NCBI GenBank assembly: GCA_963807605.1
Contig: CAWECG010000004.1
Span: 668,007-732,006, forward strand
Direction of reading: 5' to 3'
Source of the DNA: Candidatus Bathyarchaeota archaeon
Lineage (GTDB): Archaea; Thermoproteota; Bathyarchaeia; 40CM-2-53-6; RBG-13-38-9
Length of the DNA stretch: 64,000 bases
Shown: positions 21,666 through 32,533 of the stretch, in pieces
Position numbering within the stretch: the first letter of the stretch is position 1
Layout of the letters: every line of letters begins with the position of its first letter
Notes under the pieces: model-generated
What the model saw: the letters and a program-made list of their open reading frames with translations, nothing else
What the model was told of the DNA's origin: nothing
Databases searched by the model: none
Translations under genes and position numbers: made by a program

Positions 21666-21791
21666 ACGTACCTGTTTCAGAGCTGTCGCGTCGCTGTTGA
21701 AGTATAGTCTCTACACATCTATCAGTTTAGTATCCCGGCAAACATCGTTTTCGTCAATGCACTTGTCTTGAGGACCGGCCTCTAGCGCGCT

Positions 21792-22115
21792 TTGATGAAC
21801 TTCCAAGGCTCCAATGGATCCTCTGCAACAGCTATATTCACTGCCAGATTTTTCGTCCATCAAGAAGGCAAATACGATCCAGTACTTGTTCTCCGCTTTA
21901 AATAGAGCTGGAGTAATTGATTGTTTGCCGATCGAAACCAAAGGATTTCCCGAGTTTTTTACGAAGTAAAACCCATCCAGACCCGTAGCTACCCCTATTG
22001 ACATATAAGCTCTGTCCGATTCAATATCTGACGAACCTACATAGTAGAGGTAGTAACTGCTTTCTTCGGGATCCTTGAACATATCCGAGCACCTACTTCT
22101 TAGCGCTGGAAACAT
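21792..22115 (-). pseudogene. Five-bladed beta-propeller glycosidase-like fragment
   Basis: YYLYYVG..SIGVATGLDG..F.K..GNP; frameshifted IAVAEDPLEPWKFIK ends at AGCGCGCT. Confidence 0.6.
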
Positions 22116-22154
22116 CGCACGAGGAAACGTGTTGAAGTGGGCTGGACAGCTAAT

Positions 22155-23441
22155 TCAGAGAAGGGTAATCAAACCAAGAGCGCCCCACCACGAGAGGTTT
22201 AACAAAACCAAAGCTACCAAAACGCCGGAATACTTTCGGGTAGAATAAGAGACGGTTGTGGCAAAAAAGATTGGAAGTACCTGTATGAGGCGTCTAGTCA
22301 CCGGAAGAAAAGGCACTAGTGTTAAGAAAGTGAGTATTATAGCCAAGAGGGAGAAGAGAGTAACCTCGCTTTTTTCCCTAGAGCGCAAGAATCTGTAGGC
22401 TAAGACTGCCACGATAAGATATGGCGACCACCCCAAAACCAAAAGCAGATCCCACAGTAGCGTCCTTGAATAAACGAATGTTAGGGAGCTCCTACCAAAA
22501 AAGACATCCCACAATTGGAAAGAGACCTTTGGCATAAACACTATCATAAAAAAAAGATACATAAAGAATAACGAAACCGCTAATACTAGTGGAAAATACT
22601 TTCTTGCAGAGCACTTCTTATGGGTTATTAGAAAGCTTATCGCGACGATATAGATAATCAGTAATAAAAAGGCTGGAGGATACTTTGTCACCAACAATAA
22701 ATAGAAGAATGTGCTCGAAAGCAAAAAAAATACTCTTCTTCCCTTACTCACTGCCTTAACTAAGAAAAAAAAGGCTACTGTGAACAAAAGCGTGGACAGA
22801 CCATCAAAAACGTAAAGGTAAGCATCGCTTTGGAAAAGCGACGAGACCGACAGAGATAAAGCCGTAAGTGCTGCGACTTTCCGGTTAACGCCATACTCCC
22901 TAACCAAGAAATAGGTAACCACAGGCACCAGGGAGGATATCATTGAAACAAAGATCCTCGCCGAGTACAAAGAAAAATCGGAGTAACGCACCAGAGTAAC
23001 AGTCAATAAATAGGGAAACATGGGATTGATATCGTACTGCGCAAGCCTTACTAGAGAGCCGTAATCTCCACTTCCCAAGGCTCTATAGATCATGTTTGTG
23101 TAGTTAAGATGAAACAGCTCGTCATACGTCACAGATGGCCAACCTTGTTTGGCCCTCAATATCAATACAGCTAAGGTTGACAGGAACAGTAAGAGCGTTA
23201 TTAGCACATCAAACCGGGAGTTAGAGTTTTTCACGTTCGAAGTTAAGGATCTTGTATGAGTCTCCTTTTTGAAAAACATGGCTAAGACAAAGGCTGGAAT
23301 TGCTGCCGCCATCAATGTTTGACTAAAATCAAGGCCAGTCAACGACTTTATTGGGTCATAGATCAGTGTAGAAGTCAATAAGAAGAGTATGGAAAGATAG
23401 GCAACAATGAACCTCTCGAGATTCTTGTTTCCCACAATCAT
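22155..23441 (-). CDS. GT-C membrane glycosyltransferase (ArnT/PMT-like)
   Basis: YDE motif after early TM helices, SAR, TKY; polytopic. Confidence 0.75.
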   Translation of the reverse strand: MIVGNKNLERFIVAYLSILFLLTSTLIYDPIKSLTGLDFSQTLMAAAIPAFVLAMFFKKETHTRSLTSNVKNSNSRFDVLITLLLFLSTLAVLILRAKQGWPSVTYDELFHLNYTNMIYRALGSGDYGSLVRLAQYDINPMFPYLLTVTLVRYSDFSLYSARIFVSMISSLVPVVTYFLVREYGVNRKVAALTALSLSVSSLFQSDAYLYVFDGLSTLLFTVAFFFLVKAVSKGRRVFFLLSSTFFYLLLVTKYPPAFLLLIIYIVAISFLITHKKCSARKYFPLVLAVSLFFMYLFFMIVFMPKVSFQLWDVFFGRSSLTFVYSRTLLWDLLLVLGWSPYLIVAVLAYRFLRSREKSEVTLFSLLAIILTFLTLVPFLPVTRRLIQVLPIFFATTVSYSTRKYSGVLVALVLLNLSWWGALGLITLL

Positions 23442-23575
23442 CCTTCAAAGCCTCCTAGTCGTCCACCTGTAAGTATTAGTCTCGGTGTAGTCGGCGATGT
23501 ATTCCTTGCAATACGATAAGAGCGGACTATTGCTTTCTTAGGATTCGTCCTCACTATTTCTTGAAGCAAACAAGG

Positions 23576-26500
23576 TTAAGCGCCATTTGAGAGCGCGGCA
23601 GGTCTACGTGATCTTCTTTCATAGATATTCTCATCCGAGTAGCCAACATAACGACTTAGTAAGAATAGTGAAGTGAACATAACGGTTACTAATAATGCAT
23701 ATGGGATCATAAGGATGAATGAAGCTGTTTCGTCAAACTTCATTCGTGGAGAATCGTATCTGACTTTTATTGGGGAAGGAATACTGTAAGGGAATGCTAT
23801 GGTGGCCTCATCTGACAAGTAAATGTGAAGTGTAAGGTTTCCATCCAGCGTTATATCGCGACCATCACTGTATATTGGTGGCGCTCCATGCATGAAATAA
23901 AAGCTTTCAAGGCGGATCTTCCCGTTGACAGACACATCTGGTTGTCTCATCAGCAGGGTCACGTTTCCAGTCATATTTACTGATGATAATTCTCCGGCAG
24001 TCTCGTCCTTTCCGTTCATGTGGCTCGTTCGGTCTGTAAGGACTATTGAAGGATCATGTGCTACCACTGTGGTATAGAATCCATATCCTTTCTCAACAGT
24101 CACTTCATCACTTGTAACTTGGATTACACGGGCCTCACCAACACTAATATTGTCCATTCTTGCCAGAGAGTCATGTAATTTATCTGTCTGTTCTCCCAGC
24201 ATGTTATCTTCTGGGAGATTAGTTAGTTGTATGGATCCGGAAACAAGCTTGATTGTTCCAGTTGCATTCAATCTTGTAAATAGCAGGCTGGGTTCAAGTG
24301 TAAACCATGGGGAGAGCGTTGTTGCGTCGAAGGGTTTGATCCGGTCACTTAGGACTTCGATAATACACTCAACCGCCGCTTTATTGAAAACTTGATTTAT
24401 ACTAATCAGCGGATAAATATTGACATAGATTAGGCTAACTCGGTTTATAGTAGTCGCCATAATAAACGGCGACGAATTAGAATTTGCAACATACCGAGCT
24501 TTAACATCAGCGCCAGTAGATTCAATCGCAGGCACCTTCACGGAAGGCAGCATTCCCAAATACTTGCTTGTGGCTATGCCACTAGCACTAAATATCCCCG
24601 TGGTCATCCTGCCAAAATGACTAAGAAACGGCCCGTAGCCGTTTGTGTTTAGTACTACAACCGAACGGACTCGAGCTGTTTGGCTGTTCACAACCTGGTT
24701 GAAGATGTCATAGCATGTCAGGTCATCATAAGGAAGCACCAGAACGTCGTGATTCTCTATCCCATTGTCATTCGAGACCATTGTTGTGTAATTGAATCCA
24801 GATGATGAAAGAATGTCATAGGCATAGAATATCGATTCGGTTGATGGGGGGATACCATCTAAGACCTGGACATGCCATAACATCATATTGGCAAATGAGG
24901 TTGTGACGTTGTTCATTAGCTCCGCTCCAATCACAATATTGGTATTAGTCTTTGAAACTCCCTTGTCATAGGGTTTTGAAGCTACGTTTCTGTCGTTGAC
25001 AAAGATCTTCATGAAATATCCATCGTATTCAGCTCTCAAAACGTACTGCACGTTAGGTGATAGTATTTCGTCTGTCAGTAATACTTCTTCTTTGTTCCCG
25101 TCTGGGGATATTTTGAAGGCTATCTTTTTCCCATATTGGGCTATTTCCCAGCTTTTCCGTGGAGGTGTGCCCCAATCAAATTTACTGATTATTACCTGAT
25201 TGTGCGTTAAATCCAGAGGTTGAAACTTCAGTTCTACTAGGATCTTGTCAAAGTTAGTATTTTCGTCATCAAGTCTAATAGAGCTGTTCACGCCATTGAA
25301 AATGGCCGTTCCATTTAACTTGACATTGGTACCGCTCGGCCCTTCCTTGTAAAAATTTAGAGATCGCATGCTATCTTCGAAAAAAAGTCCCAGTACCATG
25401 AATTGTTTGTCCGATTGGTACCATGTCTTGGGCGGCATAGCGGCTTTTGTCGAGGCGTCGTATGGTATAACCAAAGCTGTAGAACTTTCGTTGACCGGTA
25501 TAGACCAGTTGTTGATCTGCTTTATTGCAAGCTCTTCATTACTAAGGTATACTGGAGCAGTGTCGCTCAGGTGTTGGAGGTACGCTTCCTTGCGATCCAT
25601 AGTCATTTGGGAATCCAGAGTTTTGTTGACGAAGATGTATGTCGGGACTAGTTTTGAGACCCTAGTGACAAATAGCGGGAACTCCGGGCTGTTTGATCTC
25701 CATGCTGCGGGCGATTCTTGGTATATTGCGACAGCTCCCGTGTAATCCAAGTATTCTCCAGGAATCTGCGGATCGGCTATTATTACTCCACTGCCGTTTT
25801 GGTATATCCTGTCCCTCAGAGTTTCAATCACGCTTAATACTTTTGAACTGGCGACGTTCGTTTGAGTTGCGTTATGATAATACTCAAACCCTAAGAATAC
25901 CGACGACATGCCTGAGATGAAGATGAGCGAAACCATAACATAAACAATCCAAGGGTTCGATGGACTTCGCGGTCTCCTCATCTTGACCAAGGCGACTTTA
26001 CTTAAGACTAGTGATCCGACGATCGCCAGTGGGATTCTTAATATTTCTAGCATTCTATCTTCCCTCATAAGAGACAGAATAGATTGCAAACTTGCAAACA
26101 TATAATTATGAGGATTATACAAAAATTCAGAGGCATAATTTGTATTAATAATTGATATGAGTCTGCCTCCAAATAATAAAAGAGGTACAGAAACTGCAAC
26201 AGCTAGAAGTTCTCTAGATTTATAATGTTCATTCGTCAAAATTATATATATTGAAGGAAAATACAGTACCCCCAAGATCCCCAGCCTCATTGGGTAAAGG
26301 AACCAAGGGATATAGCCGAATATATCCAAACTTCCGTATTCAAAAGGGAGGTTACCACTGAACCAGAGAAGTATGGCGGCGAGATACATGGTCAATACAA
26401 ACAAGGTCAGGGCAACTCCTATGCTTTTCATACTGGCTTTCACATTTATTTTAGAGGAGAGTCTGATGGGCATCCTTATCCGAGTCAGCACCAGAATAGC

Positions 26501-27886
26501 TAGGCCCAAAGGAATATACTCTAATAATGGCTTGAAGGTTCCGCCGGTATACACGCCTAAAACGTAGGCCACAAGCATGGTTCCAAGAGGCGCTACAACG
26601 AGAGAATAGCCAAACGATTTAAGCGGCTTCTTCATTTGGTTTTTTGCAAAAAGTGCAAAACAGAGCAGAAACCCATAAAGAAGGGGCATTACTCCCGGGT
26701 GTATCAGTGGAAGTGGAATCAATAGAAAAACCATAAGTAGGGTGAGCTTAAACCTCGGCATATCATCTCGCTTCAAAAGATATAACAAGGAGAAGGCAAT
26801 TCCCAACGATAATTCCATCGGCAGGTGAAAGAATAATCGTCTCCAAGTAATGTCGCCGTACGAAATAACATCTGCATTTGAGATTAGGGACAGCATTGAC
26901 TCATTCTGAGTAACAGTCCGCTCAGCGATAAAGCTTAACCAGCCAAAACCTGAGAACATCGTCCACATCGCGGTTGCTACCGCAGGCACATACCTGCCAT
27001 AGTTCTTCAAATATGCATTAGCCATCACATAAAATGCGATAATTATTAGAAAGTTTACAAGAATTGAAGTCAAATGAAAAGCGTCAACGGGATGAGAAGA
27101 TGGGGGGAGTGGCCCAACGAGTGTAATAATATACGACTCATAAACCGAAAAAAGCGGATACAGTAAAGAAAGATAATAAATTCCTCCTGGAGGATACTTC
27201 GAGTACGCCAACGCTGTCAAGAACATCCTTGAAAGGTCCCATCCTAAGACGTTGCCTAGCGCAGGATACAGGTCTGCAATAAAGTATCCAAAAATCAATA
27301 GAACGATTCCGATTACCAAAGAATCACTGCCAAGTGATAGCTCAAATTTGTTGCATGGAAGTCCTTTGTTTCGCCTCCAATTTAGTGCGTATGACAATAA
27401 ACATAGGAAAAGAACGATTCCGAACACCGACAAATTCCTAGAGGTTACGGGCATTAGAAATAAGGCGGTCCCAACGATCATCAGTAGTACTACACTAATT
27501 GTAAAGGACAGGGATAAAGTCTCAAAGAGAGAACTTCGAGCCTCGTAACGCATAATCTGGAGGATAGAAAGGCCTGGAGCCAAGAGTATGACAACCACAT
27601 AGAGGAACGGGCGTATTTGCGCAATTGTGTCGCTTAAGACCGAAATCAAAAGCAATATCGCCGAACAAATAAGAAATAACGGAATAATTGTGCGCCCACG
27701 GGATGGAATCTTCAGTATCAGTCGAGGATGCCTGCCCGTAGCAGAGACTACCACTGCCACGACTAGTAGGACCCAAAAGAGATATAGAATGTAGGAGCGT
27801 GGGGGAGTACTCAGAAATAGTACTATAGTACCAATCAAAGTGGGGATTACGATGTTTAAGAAATGCCTCGGTAATTCAATCACCAT
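23576..27886 (-). CDS. Large polytopic membrane protein with extracellular LamG/concanavalin-like domain
   Basis: ~15 TM N-terminal part; FNG..ELKFQP..QVIISK..YDG..IFVN..IGA LamG pattern; C-terminal TM anchor. Confidence 0.7.
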   Translation of the reverse strand: MVIELPRHFLNIVIPTLIGTIVLFLSTPPRSYILYLFWVLLVVAVVVSATGRHPRLILKIPSRGRTIIPLFLICSAILLLISVLSDTIAQIRPFLYVVVILLAPGLSILQIMRYEARSSLFETLSLSFTISVVLLMIVGTALFLMPVTSRNLSVFGIVLFLCLLSYALNWRRNKGLPCNKFELSLGSDSLVIGIVLLIFGYFIADLYPALGNVLGWDLSRMFLTALAYSKYPPGGIYYLSLLYPLFSVYESYIITLVGPLPPSSHPVDAFHLTSILVNFLIIIAFYVMANAYLKNYGRYVPAVATAMWTMFSGFGWLSFIAERTVTQNESMLSLISNADVISYGDITWRRLFFHLPMELSLGIAFSLLYLLKRDDMPRFKLTLLMVFLLIPLPLIHPGVMPLLYGFLLCFALFAKNQMKKPLKSFGYSLVVAPLGTMLVAYVLGVYTGGTFKPLLEYIPLGLAILVLTRIRMPIRLSSKINVKASMKSIGVALTLFVLTMYLAAILLWFSGNLPFEYGSLDIFGYIPWFLYPMRLGILGVLYFPSIYIILTNEHYKSRELLAVAVSVPLLLFGGRLISIINTNYASEFLYNPHNYMFASLQSILSLMREDRMLEILRIPLAIVGSLVLSKVALVKMRRPRSPSNPWIVYVMVSLIFISGMSSVFLGFEYYHNATQTNVASSKVLSVIETLRDRIYQNGSGVIIADPQIPGEYLDYTGAVAIYQESPAAWRSNSPEFPLFVTRVSKLVPTYIFVNKTLDSQMTMDRKEAYLQHLSDTAPVYLSNEELAIKQINNWSIPVNESSTALVIPYDASTKAAMPPKTWYQSDKQFMVLGLFFEDSMRSLNFYKEGPSGTNVKLNGTAIFNGVNSSIRLDDENTNFDKILVELKFQPLDLTHNQVIISKFDWGTPPRKSWEIAQYGKKIAFKISPDGNKEEVLLTDEILSPNVQYVLRAEYDGYFMKIFVNDRNVASKPYDKGVSKTNTNIVIGAELMNNVTTSFANMMLWHVQVLDGIPPSTESIFYAYDILSSSGFNYTTMVSNDNGIENHDVLVLPYDDLTCYDIFNQVVNSQTARVRSVVVLNTNGYGPFLSHFGRMTTGIFSASGIATSKYLGMLPSVKVPAIESTGADVKARYVANSNSSPFIMATTINRVSLIYVNIYPLISINQVFNKAAVECIIEVLSDRIKPFDATTLSPWFTLEPSLLFTRLNATGTIKLVSGSIQLTNLPEDNMLGEQTDKLHDSLARMDNISVGEARVIQVTSDEVTVEKGYGFYTTVVAHDPSIVLTDRTSHMNGKDETAGELSSVNMTGNVTLLMRQPDVSVNGKIRLESFYFMHGAPPIYSDGRDITLDGNLTLHIYLSDEATIAFPYSIPSPIKVRYDSPRMKFDETASFILMIPYALLVTVMFTSLFLLSRYVGYSDENIYERRSRRPAALSNGA

Positions 27887-27901
27887 AATGCCACTCCTCC
27901 A

Positions 27902-28912
27902 TTATTGGTTTAACGTTTGATCAAAGAAGTCCAGATTCCTTGACAGTATTGATCTTAGGTTGCTGAAAGATTTGTAGTACGATGAGACGAGGTAGACTAA
28001 GGCCCACCATTCAGGTTTTAACTTTCTTTTAAGTATAAGTCCGCCAATCGTAGATATCAAATATCCATTTAATGCGTACAGAAATGCAAGAAGGTTAAGG
28101 ATTGATCCGCGGAAAACATCTTTAAAGAAGATGTAAAACCAATATGTGACAGTCATTAACATGAACTCTTTCAGCGGCAGCCTAAGGTTTTCAGATGTCT
28201 TGTGTATGATTCTAATATATGGTACGGCATAAAGTGAATGAGGTTTCTTGAGGCATACTCTATAGGAAAAGTCTACGTCCTCCAAGTAAGCCCATCCCTT
28301 TAAATTAGTATCGAAACTCAGTTCGGTGAATACCTCACGTCTATAGCAAAAGCCGCAGCCAAGAAACCTTTGCACGGAAATGATACTTGTGAGTTCACTT
28401 GGAAAAATAGACCAGCCAGATCTCCGTATCCCCATTCTATTCTTTTCGGGATAGGACAACATAAGGACCTTAAAAAGAGCCTGTTCCAGCTTCTCAGAGA
28501 ACCTAACGTTTGGTCCTTTTTCCTCAGGACGAGTTACCCAAGGCTGGGCGCCGAGCGCAGTAGGGTTGTCCCTGAGAAAGATCGCTAGCTTGCCGATAAC
28601 ATCTTGACTCAGCAGAGTGTCGTCATCAAGAAAAAGAATCGCATCGCCCCGAGACGCTGTCACACCCATGTTTCTAGCGGACGTGAGGCTCTCTCCCCTC
28701 GCTTCGATGTACTTCAATCGGCCCCCATTGGAGTCTATTTTGCACTTGAAGGCGTCGACGACCTTTTTGACAGAGTCATTGTCTGATCCGTCCACAATAA
28801 TGACTTCATACGGAGAGACGTCTTGGTTAAGTATTGTCCCTACTAGGTCAGCTAAATCTCTAGGTCTATTTCGTGCTGGAATCACTACTGAGATACTGGG
28901 TAGGCGCTCCAT
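27902..28912 (-). CDS. GT2 glycosyltransferase
   Basis: SVVIPARNR, VDGS, ARNMG, FLDDD, EDVD. Confidence 0.92.
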   Translation of the reverse strand: MERLPSISVVIPARNRPRDLADLVGTILNQDVSPYEVIIVDGSDNDSVKKVVDAFKCKIDSNGGRLKYIEARGESLTSARNMGVTASRGDAILFLDDDTLLSQDVIGKLAIFLRDNPTALGAQPWVTRPEEKGPNVRFSEKLEQALFKVLMLSYPEKNRMGIRRSGWSIFPSELTSIISVQRFLGCGFCYRREVFTELSFDTNLKGWAYLEDVDFSYRVCLKKPHSLYAVPYIRIIHKTSENLRLPLKEFMLMTVTYWFYIFFKDVFRGSILNLLAFLYALNGYLISTIGGLILKRKLKPEWWALVYLVSSYYKSFSNLRSILSRNLDFFDQTLNQ

Positions 28913-29169
28913 TCTAGTCTCCTCCTGCCGATTTCTTATGGTCCTGGTGACACCAAGTCCAATTCAATAATCGAGCTGATGAACGTATTTGTTAGAACAA
29001 TCCTCAAATCGCTAAAACGCACTGTCAATGGAGAGATTGCCTACCAAATCCATTGATAATCACAATTGATCAGTATCTGCGAGCGCTTTCGCGATGTTGC
29101 AAAGATGATACTCTCCTAATCATCGACTATTCTTGGTCCTTGCCTTGAACAGAATTGTAGCATAGTTTC

Positions 29170-29303
29170 AACGCGGATTTTATCCTGATGATAGGTAAGT
29201 ATTGAGAAGCCAACTTTGATCTCTTCAAAATCTCATAATTGAAGCCCCGTGCAAGTTCCAGGTCCACGCTGAATATGACTACTCCCCTATCCATTTCAGC
29301 CAT
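29170..29303 (-). pseudogene. Polysaccharide deacetylase N-terminal fragment
   Basis: GVVIFSVDLEL.RG resembles the ISxDxExxWG start. Confidence 0.5.
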
Positions 29304-29377
29304 CAAGTTGCATAGTTCCATCGTCATAAACTCTTGAGTCTTTAGACGTGCGCTCGCAAAACCGGGAATTGGCTGCC

Positions 29378-30559
29378 TCATGGAGTTAACGCCATTGAGT
29401 GAGTGCTTACTGGACCAACCCCGTGCACTGAGCGTGTGCTAATTGCTTCAAAGGCAGACCTCCAATCGGCCAGTATCTTCTCCTCATTATAGTGGCTTAT
29501 CAACAGACTGTACGCATCCCTCGATACGTCATTCAAGTCCGGTCTTTCAAGAATCTCTAAGACTCTCCTAGCGATGTATTCTGCTTCTGTATTATCCAAT
29601 AGAAACGCATTTGTTCCATCATCAAATAGACCTGCGAGTCCACCAACGCGCGTGACTAACACTGGAGTTCCACATGCCATAGCTTCCAGCACTATGGAAG
29701 GCATCCCTTCAGACCGCGAGGGTAGAATGAGAAGCTTTATCCTTTTTAGATAAGTTCCAGGATCATTAGTCCAGGGAACCATAGCCACTCGTTTCTCAAC
29801 CTCGGGAGAACCTATCTTTTCCAATACTGTGTCTTTCAAGGGCCCATCCCCGACTATCAGGAAATTAACATCACCCCTCCTTGAGATTATATGTGGAATT
29901 GACATTACAAACTCCAAAACACCTTTTTCCCAGCTCAATCGGGAAACAAAGCCCACAACATTCTTTCTATCAGACGGCTGAGAATAGCTGAACCTCTCAA
30001 GAAACGCTTTATCGCAGAATCTGATGGGCGCCTCAAACACTTTTTTCGAATACTTCCTTAATGGAGGTCTCTTCACTAGACTGCACGTAACAACGAGAAT
30101 ACCTTTGGACCATCTATAGTAGAGATTTTCCAAAATGGTAATCGCTCTTCTAGAGGTATTACTCTCTGAACGAATTGAAATGGGAATTCCTCCCACATAG
30201 ACTAGTGGGCTCTTAGCCAAAAGGCGTGATAGTAACACGGGAAGCGGCATCAGGCAATGAGAGAAAATCACAAGGTCGAACTTCTTATGTAATCTAAGAA
30301 GTGATAGGGACACTAACATTTGTTCAAATAAGAAAAAGAACCAGTTCAAAAACATGTTATTCGACTGTTTGCTTAAGACTCCAGATAATGCCGCCTCAAA
30401 AACCTCCACCTCTTTCGGTAAATATGCACGAGCCCTTCTTTTCGATTGCGTTAAAAAAACGACTCTAAAATTTAGCGACCTCAGGATCTTTATAGTATCG
30501 GTTATGACTGGCGAGGTCAACAGAATTTTCAATGAGAAAACTAAGAGAACTACAGACAT
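29378..30559 (-). CDS. GT4 glycosyltransferase (paralogue of 8114..9256)
   Basis: GFVSRLSWEKG, SEGMPSIVLEAMACG; start set at MSVVLLVFS by paralogy. Confidence 0.88.
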   Translation of the reverse strand: MSVVLLVFSLKILLTSPVITDTIKILRSLNFRVVFLTQSKRRARAYLPKEVEVFEAALSGVLSKQSNNMFLNWFFFLFEQMLVSLSLLRLHKKFDLVIFSHCLMPLPVLLSRLLAKSPLVYVGGIPISIRSESNTSRRAITILENLYYRWSKGILVVTCSLVKRPPLRKYSKKVFEAPIRFCDKAFLERFSYSQPSDRKNVVGFVSRLSWEKGVLEFVMSIPHIISRRGDVNFLIVGDGPLKDTVLEKIGSPEVEKRVAMVPWTNDPGTYLKRIKLLILPSRSEGMPSIVLEAMACGTPVLVTRVGGLAGLFDDGTNAFLLDNTEAEYIARRVLEILERPDLNDVSRDAYSLLISHYNEEKILADWRSAFEAISTRSVHGVGPVSTHSMALTP

Positions 30560-30612
30560 TTGTGATCTACCTATTGCCGTCACATTAAATGCCCTTTGCA
30601 ATACACGTGCAC

Positions 30613-30738
30613 CTCTCCACCAAACGTGATAATAGTCTCGCAATTGAGCGACTGCAGCATCCTAATGGTACCTGTTATAGTAAGAATGAACCCTCTCGAT
30701 AGATTTCTCAGGGAATGAACTAAAAGAATAACTGACAT
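30613..30738 (-). pseudogene. Short N-terminal fragment of the same GT4 family
   Basis: MSVILLVHSLRN..TIRMLQSLN, cut at ATACACGTGCAC. Confidence 0.65.
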
Positions 30739-30775
30739 TAGAAACAGATCTAATGGCACGCGAATAGGAGTTGGA

Positions 30776-32017
30776 TCATGAAAATCTAGGGGGCTGAAGC
30801 GTTGTTGGTTCTGCTTCCATGCCTCTGAGTAACTTATATTCACTGTTCTTCTCCTCTAGCACTTTCCTGTAAAGGGCTTCAGTTAAACCAGACACTCTTT
30901 CTATCGAAAAACGTTCCCGAAGAAGCAAGTGGCCTTCTATTCCCATTTTCCTGCCTTCATCAGGGCATGTGAGTATGTATTTTATCCTTTCAACTAATTG
31001 TTGCACATTTTCGGACTCGAATAGTAGACCAGTCCTCATATGATCTACTATATCGGACATTGACTCAACGTCTGAGACTATTACGGGTTTACGGCAAGCA
31101 AAAGCCTCTAGGATTGTGTGTGGAAAGGTTTCATATCTAGAAGGCAAGACGTAAACTTCAGCATCAACATAAGCTTCAAGTTTATCTCTAGCGTAAAGAG
31201 GGCCTGTTAAGAGCATCTTGTTTTGCAATCGTAGTTGGCTGATTAACGATCTTACCTCGTAAAGGTATCCATCATCAGGCCCAGCTATAACAAGTAATAC
31301 ATCATTAAAATTCATCCCGTTAACTAGTTTGGCGTAGGCTTTTACTAGTATGTCAATTCCTTTGATTCTATGTATCCTTCCAAGGTATAGGATTATTTTC
31401 GTATCTTTATCGATATTGTATCTTCCCTTGAAATCTCCCCTCGGTGGAAGATCAACGTACTCTGACAATTCCAATCCATTAGGTATGAGAGCGATTTTTT
31501 CCCCCGGTACGCCTTTAAGCTTGTAGTGTTGAATTTCAGTCCTGGTAAGGGCAACCGTCCTAGAGCAATCCCGCAACAACCTGCTACCAAGACATGTATC
31601 ATATAACCATTTCAATCTCTGTAATCTATCTACTCTAGGAAGTGATCCATGAGCCTGTACAATATAAGGAACTCCATACTCTTTTGCATAGCGATGAACT
31701 ATTATGTCTTGAAAGTTACGCCAGGAATGAAGATGAATAACATCGTATTTGTTCAGATTCTTCTTCATGGCTCCTTCCATGGAAGGAGATATATTATAAT
31801 CACTGAACACACGGATCCTTGGGAACAATACTAAGCGATAACCCTCAGAATAAGTTTCAAATCGTGAATTTCGGAAATTACTTTTTCCAGGCGATGCTGT
31901 GGTGGCATAAATAGTAACATTATGCTTTTTCGCGAGGGACTTCGAAATTGAACGTACAGCCTCTGCTGGCCCACCAAACGGAGGAGAGAAGAAGGGTATC
32001 ACTTCAAGAATTCGCAT
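30776..32017 (-). CDS. GT4 glycosyltransferase (paralogue of 14163..15368)
   Basis: YLGRIHRIKG, ETFPHTILEAFAC. Confidence 0.9.
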   Translation of the reverse strand: MRILEVIPFFSPPFGGPAEAVRSISKSLAKKHNVTIYATTASPGKSNFRNSRFETYSEGYRLVLFPRIRVFSDYNISPSMEGAMKKNLNKYDVIHLHSWRNFQDIIVHRYAKEYGVPYIVQAHGSLPRVDRLQRLKWLYDTCLGSRLLRDCSRTVALTRTEIQHYKLKGVPGEKIALIPNGLELSEYVDLPPRGDFKGRYNIDKDTKIILYLGRIHRIKGIDILVKAYAKLVNGMNFNDVLLVIAGPDDGYLYEVRSLISQLRLQNKMLLTGPLYARDKLEAYVDAEVYVLPSRYETFPHTILEAFACRKPVIVSDVESMSDIVDHMRTGLLFESENVQQLVERIKYILTCPDEGRKMGIEGHLLLRERFSIERVSGLTEALYRKVLEEKNSEYKLLRGMEAEPTTLQPPRFS

Positions 32018-32029
32018 ATGCGCACATTT

Positions 32030-32531
32030 TCAACGTTTAGTGCCTCTAATGTGGAGACAATCGGGAAGAAACGGTATGCCTCTGTAACCCTTGATGACTC
32101 TTTTTACATTTGTGATTCCATTAGATTCTAAGCATGATCTAAGAAGACCAAATGAAAAACCGCATCTGTGCTGTTCATAAGGATAACTCTGTCCTCCATA
32201 TATGTTCTCCACGTTTTGCCAACTCGGACTTAAGAAGAATAGGAAAGCTCTTGCACGAAGATTGGGACAGCGAATCTCAATAGTTCCGCCTTTCCTCAGA
32301 ACACGTACCCATTCCCCTAGCACGCCGACAACATCCTTATGGCTGATGTGTTCAATACAATGACTTGAACTCACATGGTGAAATATCTCACTCTTGAATG
32401 GCAACACTCGAGCATCTGCTACAATATCTGTCACAGGTGTTCTGCGAAGATTCGAGACCTATCATGCCCTCTCTCTTATCGTGGCCGCAACCAATCTCAA
32501 CCCCTAACAACTCTGTGTTATTGTTGGTCAC
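32030..32531 (-). pseudogene. Methyltransferase type 11, 5' part frameshifted
   Basis: EIGCG in another frame; DARVLPF, SHCIEH, RVLRKGG. Confidence 0.7.
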
Positions 32532-32533
32532 GT

